From: Alphaproteobacteria bacterium UBA6178 | GTDB lineage: Bacteria; Pseudomonadota; Alphaproteobacteria; Rickettsiales; UBA3002 | Reading direction: 5' to 3' | Assembly: GCA_002422205.1 (NCBI GenBank) | Contig: DITS01000034.1 | Span: forward strand, 9,522-73,521 | DNA: 64,000 nucleotides | Part shown: positions 60,485 through 64,000 of the stretch, in pieces | Numbering within the stretch: position 1 is the stretch's first letter | Layout: each line of letters begins with the position of its first letter | Made by a program: the position numbers and the translations under genes | Notes under the pieces: generated by a model | Told to the model about the DNA's origin: nothing | Seen by the model: only the letters and a program-made list of their open reading frames with translations | The model's database searches: none

Positions 60485-61222
60485 CTATTTTATCACTACC
60501 GGAGCCAGCCGCTCCGTCACATCATACGACACCACCTGAAAAGACGGCTCGTCGTATTCCAGTGCTATCTCACCAGTTTTAGGGTCGATCACATCACGTT
60601 CTACCAAATCTGTATAGAAAAAATTGATAGTTGCCATCCAGTTTGTTGCCTCCGACGAGGTGGGACCCACTTCCTCGGTGGTAAAATACACCGTCCCCTT
60701 ATAAGGCTGAGCACTTCGATCAAACGTAATATGCTTCACCTGAACTTTTAAATCAGTAAAGCTGCCATACCGACGAATAGGGCTACGTGGATTATCCGGA
60801 TGGGTAATACGGTTATACTCATTAAACACCGACGGGTCGCTATACACCTTCACAAACTCGCGCCGAAGCAAAAATTTATCCTCGCTATACGACTCCCGCA
60901 TCTCGGCATAAACTTTCAGGTAATAACGGATAAGAGCAGGGTTCGTGCTTTCCTTAGATGCCCTTAAGCGGGTAATAACCGGAATTTCTTTGGCTATATT
61001 TTTAGCGCTATAAATAAAAGGCACCCGAGGTGAAATGGGCAACAGGTAAATCAGCGCCATCACACCGAATATAAAAATCACACCGGATGTGATCGTCAGA
61101 ATAACAAAAAATATCCGCTCCGATATCGGGCTCAGATACATCACGTTATACCATTGACGCGCCTCTTTATAATAGCTGCCGTCTTCAAGTTTTTCGGCAA
61201 TTATTTCATGAGAAGATTTCAC
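60485..61222 (-). CDS. virB8: type IV secretion system protein VirB8-like
   Basis: 245 aa with a GTG start, a short cytoplasmic N-terminus, a single TM helix (IFFVILTITSGVIFIFGVMALIYLL) and an NTF2-like periplasmic part (NWMATINFFY). It lies directly upstream of virB9. Confidence 0.65.
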   Translation of the reverse strand: MKSSHEIIAEKLEDGSYYKEARQWYNVMYLSPISERIFFVILTITSGVIFIFGVMALIYLLPISPRVPFIYSAKNIAKEIPVITRLRASKESTNPALIRYYLKVYAEMRESYSEDKFLLRREFVKVYSDPSVFNEYNRITHPDNPRSPIRRYGSFTDLKVQVKHITFDRSAQPYKGTVYFTTEEVGPTSSEATNWMATINFFYTDLVERDVIDPKTGEIALEYDEPSFQVVSYDVTERLAPVVIK

Positions 61223-61376
61223 CCGCCTATCATAGCTCCCTGCACATCATTCCAGCGGCCAGATTACTAGCATAAATCGATATTGTCATCAAATTGAAAC
61301 ATTATTGTGTTAATGTGGTTGAAACTAAAAACATAGCTTAATATGCTAGAGCACATTGTGATCGGGGTTAATAACT

Positions 61377-64000
61377 ATGCGCTTGCGCTTTCATCCATCT
61401 TTTTTGCCAGTATTTTTTGCGTTCGCGGTCATAGTCACCACTATCCCCCATTCACACCCCCACGCACAGGAAACCCTCAATTGCGATGCCGACGACCCGC
61501 TAAATAATACCATTTACGGTGCCTGCCCCAAAAAACCGGTGCAGCGCCTAAGTACCGTGTGTCAACCCATCATCGGCAAAATGAGCGACGCGCTGTTCGT
61601 GCCTATCATGCACCCTGATGATCCCACCGTGCCCTATCAGTGCAAATCGGTAGCTGGCGAGTTTAATATTGGCCTCGGCAACGCAAACAGCGCCTATTGC
61701 GGCCAACGCGAGCAAGGCGACGACGATACCGACACCGGAAAGCTCAACGGGCGCGTCAATGCCTGCCCCAAAATATTTGATAAAGGCAAAGACCCTTGCA
61801 AATGGCACCTCGAATACAGCATGTGCGGCGCCAGCTGCGTGCTGGCTGCCAGCGCCAACCCCACCACCGTAGGCATGCCAAAAATGCCGTTGGGCACCGC
61901 CGATTTATTATGCGAAAAACTAGAAAAAGTCGTGCCACACTCGCCACGCCCCTATAGTGACCCCCAAATCACCTCAGCCGTGGTATGGGATTTCGACCCC
62001 TACGATCCCGCTAACGAGCCATCCATGCTGGCAAAACTCTTTGGCATCAATAGCGCCAACGCCCAGCTAAGCTTTGGTTTCAAACCACCCAAATTAATCA
62101 ACTCGGCAGGCGGCTTCCTGCAACAAGTGTCGCGCCAGTTCCAGCCTTCCACCGCTGGCATCCCCGGCTTCAGCGGCGACGCTTCAAAATTTCTCGGCTC
62201 CATGCTCGATAGTTTTTATGGTGGTGGCGGTTTCCAGATACGCAGTAAAGACCTCACCGATATTCTGGGCAACCGCATCGGCGATCCAAAAATCGGCAGT
62301 CGCTTCCAAACCGTCACAGGCTTCGCCAAAAAACACGTCTATGACCGCGATTTCAAAACCGGCTACCGTATTTTCGCCGCCATGCAGACCGAACCTTACG
62401 GCACCTACGACCCGTCCAAATTCAAACCCGGACAGGAATTAAAAATGGCGCTCGATTTATACGAAAAAACGCCGGAAGAAATCATGCAAGCCAAACGCTC
62501 CGGCAACCCGCTGGTCAAAAGCGCCTACGCCTTTGTGCCCGCCGGCTCAATGGGTGACCTGATGAAACGAGTGCTCCCCTTCTCTCACCAATTCGGCACC
62601 AACGACAAAGTCCTGCGCTATTTTACCGGCAGCGAAATGTCACTGGCCTCTTACGGGCTAGGCCAATTCAAAGGACTAAAATTACAGGATGCATTTCCCA
62701 AGCCGTTACAGCAATTTATCCAGCCTGCTATGGATGTAGGTGATCTGAAACTCACCCCTTACGCGCAGGTCATGGACCCGACAAGCTTATTCTCCCCCTT
62801 CGAAAAAGTCCGTAAATTCCCGCTGAATGATCATTACAGCAGTTGCACCAGCAATCAGGCCTGCAAAGTCACCGAAGATTATATCCCCTACAGTATCGGT
62901 GCAGCTTATCATAATAATAAGCTAGATGCAGTGCGCGCCTCCGGCACGCTGCAAAAAGTCATTCGCACCAACATCACCACTGGCCGTTACCGCGAAACCA
63001 ATGCGCACATGCTGCATCGCATTACCTATAACCGCTTATGCCGTGCGGAGCAGGTTGGCATTTATAAACCATGCCACCCACTCATACCCTGCTGGTCCAT
63101 GAAATGCTGGGGTGTTCCCATTTCAGCTGAAACACCACCCTGTGCTACTCGCCACGATCCCCTGCATGACGTAGGCTTTCCACGCTTTTGCTACGGCCCT
63201 TTGGTCAAAATGGCGTTAAAAAGCTGGATGCTGTCCACTGGCGCCAAAGTTGATCTCGGTGTCAAACCCAAAAGAGCCGACGACGTCATGCATCAAACCG
63301 CCAAATGCATGCCGCTGATCAATAAAATCAACACCGTCGACGTGGTGCAAATGGCCAATGCTGGCATGACAGGCCGCGAGGGCGCCGTATTCCGCCAGTT
63401 CTTCGGCAATGACCGCCCCTACGCCTGTAAAGACGAAACCGGCAAAGAACATGGCCAGTCCATCGGTGGCCGTCCCAATTATTTCTCTGACATCGGCGCA
63501 AATATTGCCCTCTCCTATGGCCAGCAAATGCAGGACTATGTCAAACTCGCTTCCAAACAATCGGTGCCAGAGCTGGCAATCAAAGATGACGGCAGCTTCG
63601 GCATTGTCAGCAGCGCCAATGCAGCCATGCCCACAGCAAACAGTGGCGGCGGTGCAGGCCCGTGCTATGGGGGTCTCGGCGGCGCATGTCCCGGTGACAA
63701 AATCAGCCCGCATGCAAGCATGACAGAAGTCATGCGCTCCCAATGCCGCACCGCGCAAATGTTCGGACTCAATTGTATCCCCAAAGTCGAACGCACCTAT
63801 AGCGGCTTAATGCCCGAACAAATGTTCCTCAAAGCGCTAGGACCGACCGTTGAAAGACTGATTGATCGTGGCGACGGCGATTACGGCGTGCGTTCACTTC
63901 CCCTCCCCCTCATGTTCCGTGGCTTTATGGCTTCGTCCAATGCAGCGGAGCGCTTCCCCTATGGCGGCGGCTGCCCCGCCAATGTAGAAACTGGCCTCAA
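61377..64000 (+). CDS. large secreted cysteine-rich protein of unknown function; 874 codons and still open at the window end
   Basis: I translated 61377..64000 codon by codon and found no in-frame stop. An in-frame TGA at 61359 precedes the ATG. Signal peptide: MRLRFHPSFLPVFFAFAVIVTTIPHSHPHA/QE. I counted about 25 Cys in two clusters and saw no hydrophobic TM segment. The ORF is absent from the track because it has no stop in the window. Confidence 0.75.
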   Translation, partial: MRLRFHPSFLPVFFAFAVIVTTIPHSHPHAQETLNCDADDPLNNTIYGACPKKPVQRLSTVCQPIIGKMSDALFVPIMHPDDPTVPYQCKSVAGEFNIGLGNANSAYCGQREQGDDDTDTGKLNGRVNACPKIFDKGKDPCKWHLEYSMCGASCVLAASANPTTVGMPKMPLGTADLLCEKLEKVVPHSPRPYSDPQITSAVVWDFDPYDPANEPSMLAKLFGINSANAQLSFGFKPPKLINSAGGFLQQVSRQFQPSTAGIPGFSGDASKFLGSMLDSFYGGGGFQIRSKDLTDILGNRIGDPKIGSRFQTVTGFAKKHVYDRDFKTGYRIFAAMQTEPYGTYDPSKFKPGQELKMALDLYEKTPEEIMQAKRSGNPLVKSAYAFVPAGSMGDLMKRVLPFSHQFGTNDKVLRYFTGSEMSLASYGLGQFKGLKLQDAFPKPLQQFIQPAMDVGDLKLTPYAQVMDPTSLFSPFEKVRKFPLNDHYSSCTSNQACKVTEDYIPYSIGAAYHNNKLDAVRASGTLQKVIRTNITTGRYRETNAHMLHRITYNRLCRAEQVGIYKPCHPLIPCWSMKCWGVPISAETPPCATRHDPLHDVGFPRFCYGPLVKMALKSWMLSTGAKVDLGVKPKRADDVMHQTAKCMPLINKINTVDVVQMANAGMTGREGAVFRQFFGNDRPYACKDETGKEHGQSIGGRPNYFSDIGANIALSYGQQMQDYVKLASKQSVPELAIKDDGSFGIVSSANAAMPTANSGGGAGPCYGGLGGACPGDKISPHASMTEVMRSQCRTAQMFGLNCIPKVERTYSGLMPEQMFLKALGPTVERLIDRGDGDYGVRSLPLPLMFRGFMASSNAAERFPYGGGCPANVETGL

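Noticed and set aside
61377-64000. The Cys-rich large protein as an F-type TraN mating-pair stabilisation protein.
   Set aside because: The only shared properties are a signal peptide and many cysteines. I could not align any segment with the F TraN sequence as I remember it, and the adjacent genes are P-type (VirB8/VirB9), not F-type. I left it as unknown.
1-64000. A search by eye of all intergenic gaps for tRNA, rRNA, tmRNA, SRP RNA, CRISPR repeats, IS elements, integrases or prophage genes.
   Set aside because: Nothing was found. The gaps are short, mostly under 150 nt. The few longer ones (45408..45600, 54138..54343, 57089..57406, 58748..58929, 61223..61376) contain promoters, hairpin repeats or leaders, not structured RNA genes I can recognise. 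Infernal/tRNAscan would be needed to be certain.

Overview
Dense, almost gap-free chromosomal segment that looks alphaproteobacterial. Supporting gene content: a DivK-PleD pair, an N-terminally truncated HprK next to EIIA-Man and NPr, TrmFO, the string kpsF-lptCAB-rpoN-hpf-ptsN, yajC-secD, and NDUFAF3- and NDUFAF6-type genes. I can support about 70 protein-coding genes. Most are housekeeping: aminoacyl-tRNA synthetases, tatABC, secD/yajC, LPS transport, PTS-Ntr, acs, metE, an iron ABC importer, galU/ugd and rimO. I recognised no rRNA, tRNA, CRISPR array, transposase or integrase. Several things are not explained by ordinary core-genome content. (1) Two tandem, diverged CpaF/TadA-type ATPase genes sit between rpoN and hpf, with no pilus or secretion partner genes anywhere in the window. 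(2) An isolated virB8-virB9 pair is followed directly by hisI. Divergent from it is an open-ended ORF of more than 874 codons, absent from the ORF track, that encodes a signal-peptide-bearing, cysteine-rich protein with no family I can name. (3) A Fe-superoxide dismutase carries an in-frame twin-arginine signal and a second internal start with its own Shine-Dalgarno sequence. (4) There is a tandem pair of ceramidase-family 7-TM genes. (5) A phasin with a histone-like basic tail sits behind a near-consensus sigma70 promoter with two TGC-N3-GCA operators. (6) Hairpin repeat modules of the form GTCAT-stem-loop-stem-ATC cluster upstream of rimO. (7) Small regulatory sites include a 16/19 Fur box ahead of the iron transporter and a correctly spaced -24/-12 element ahead of an orphan 69-codon ORF. 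All functional calls rest on motifs I could read in the translations. No database search was run.
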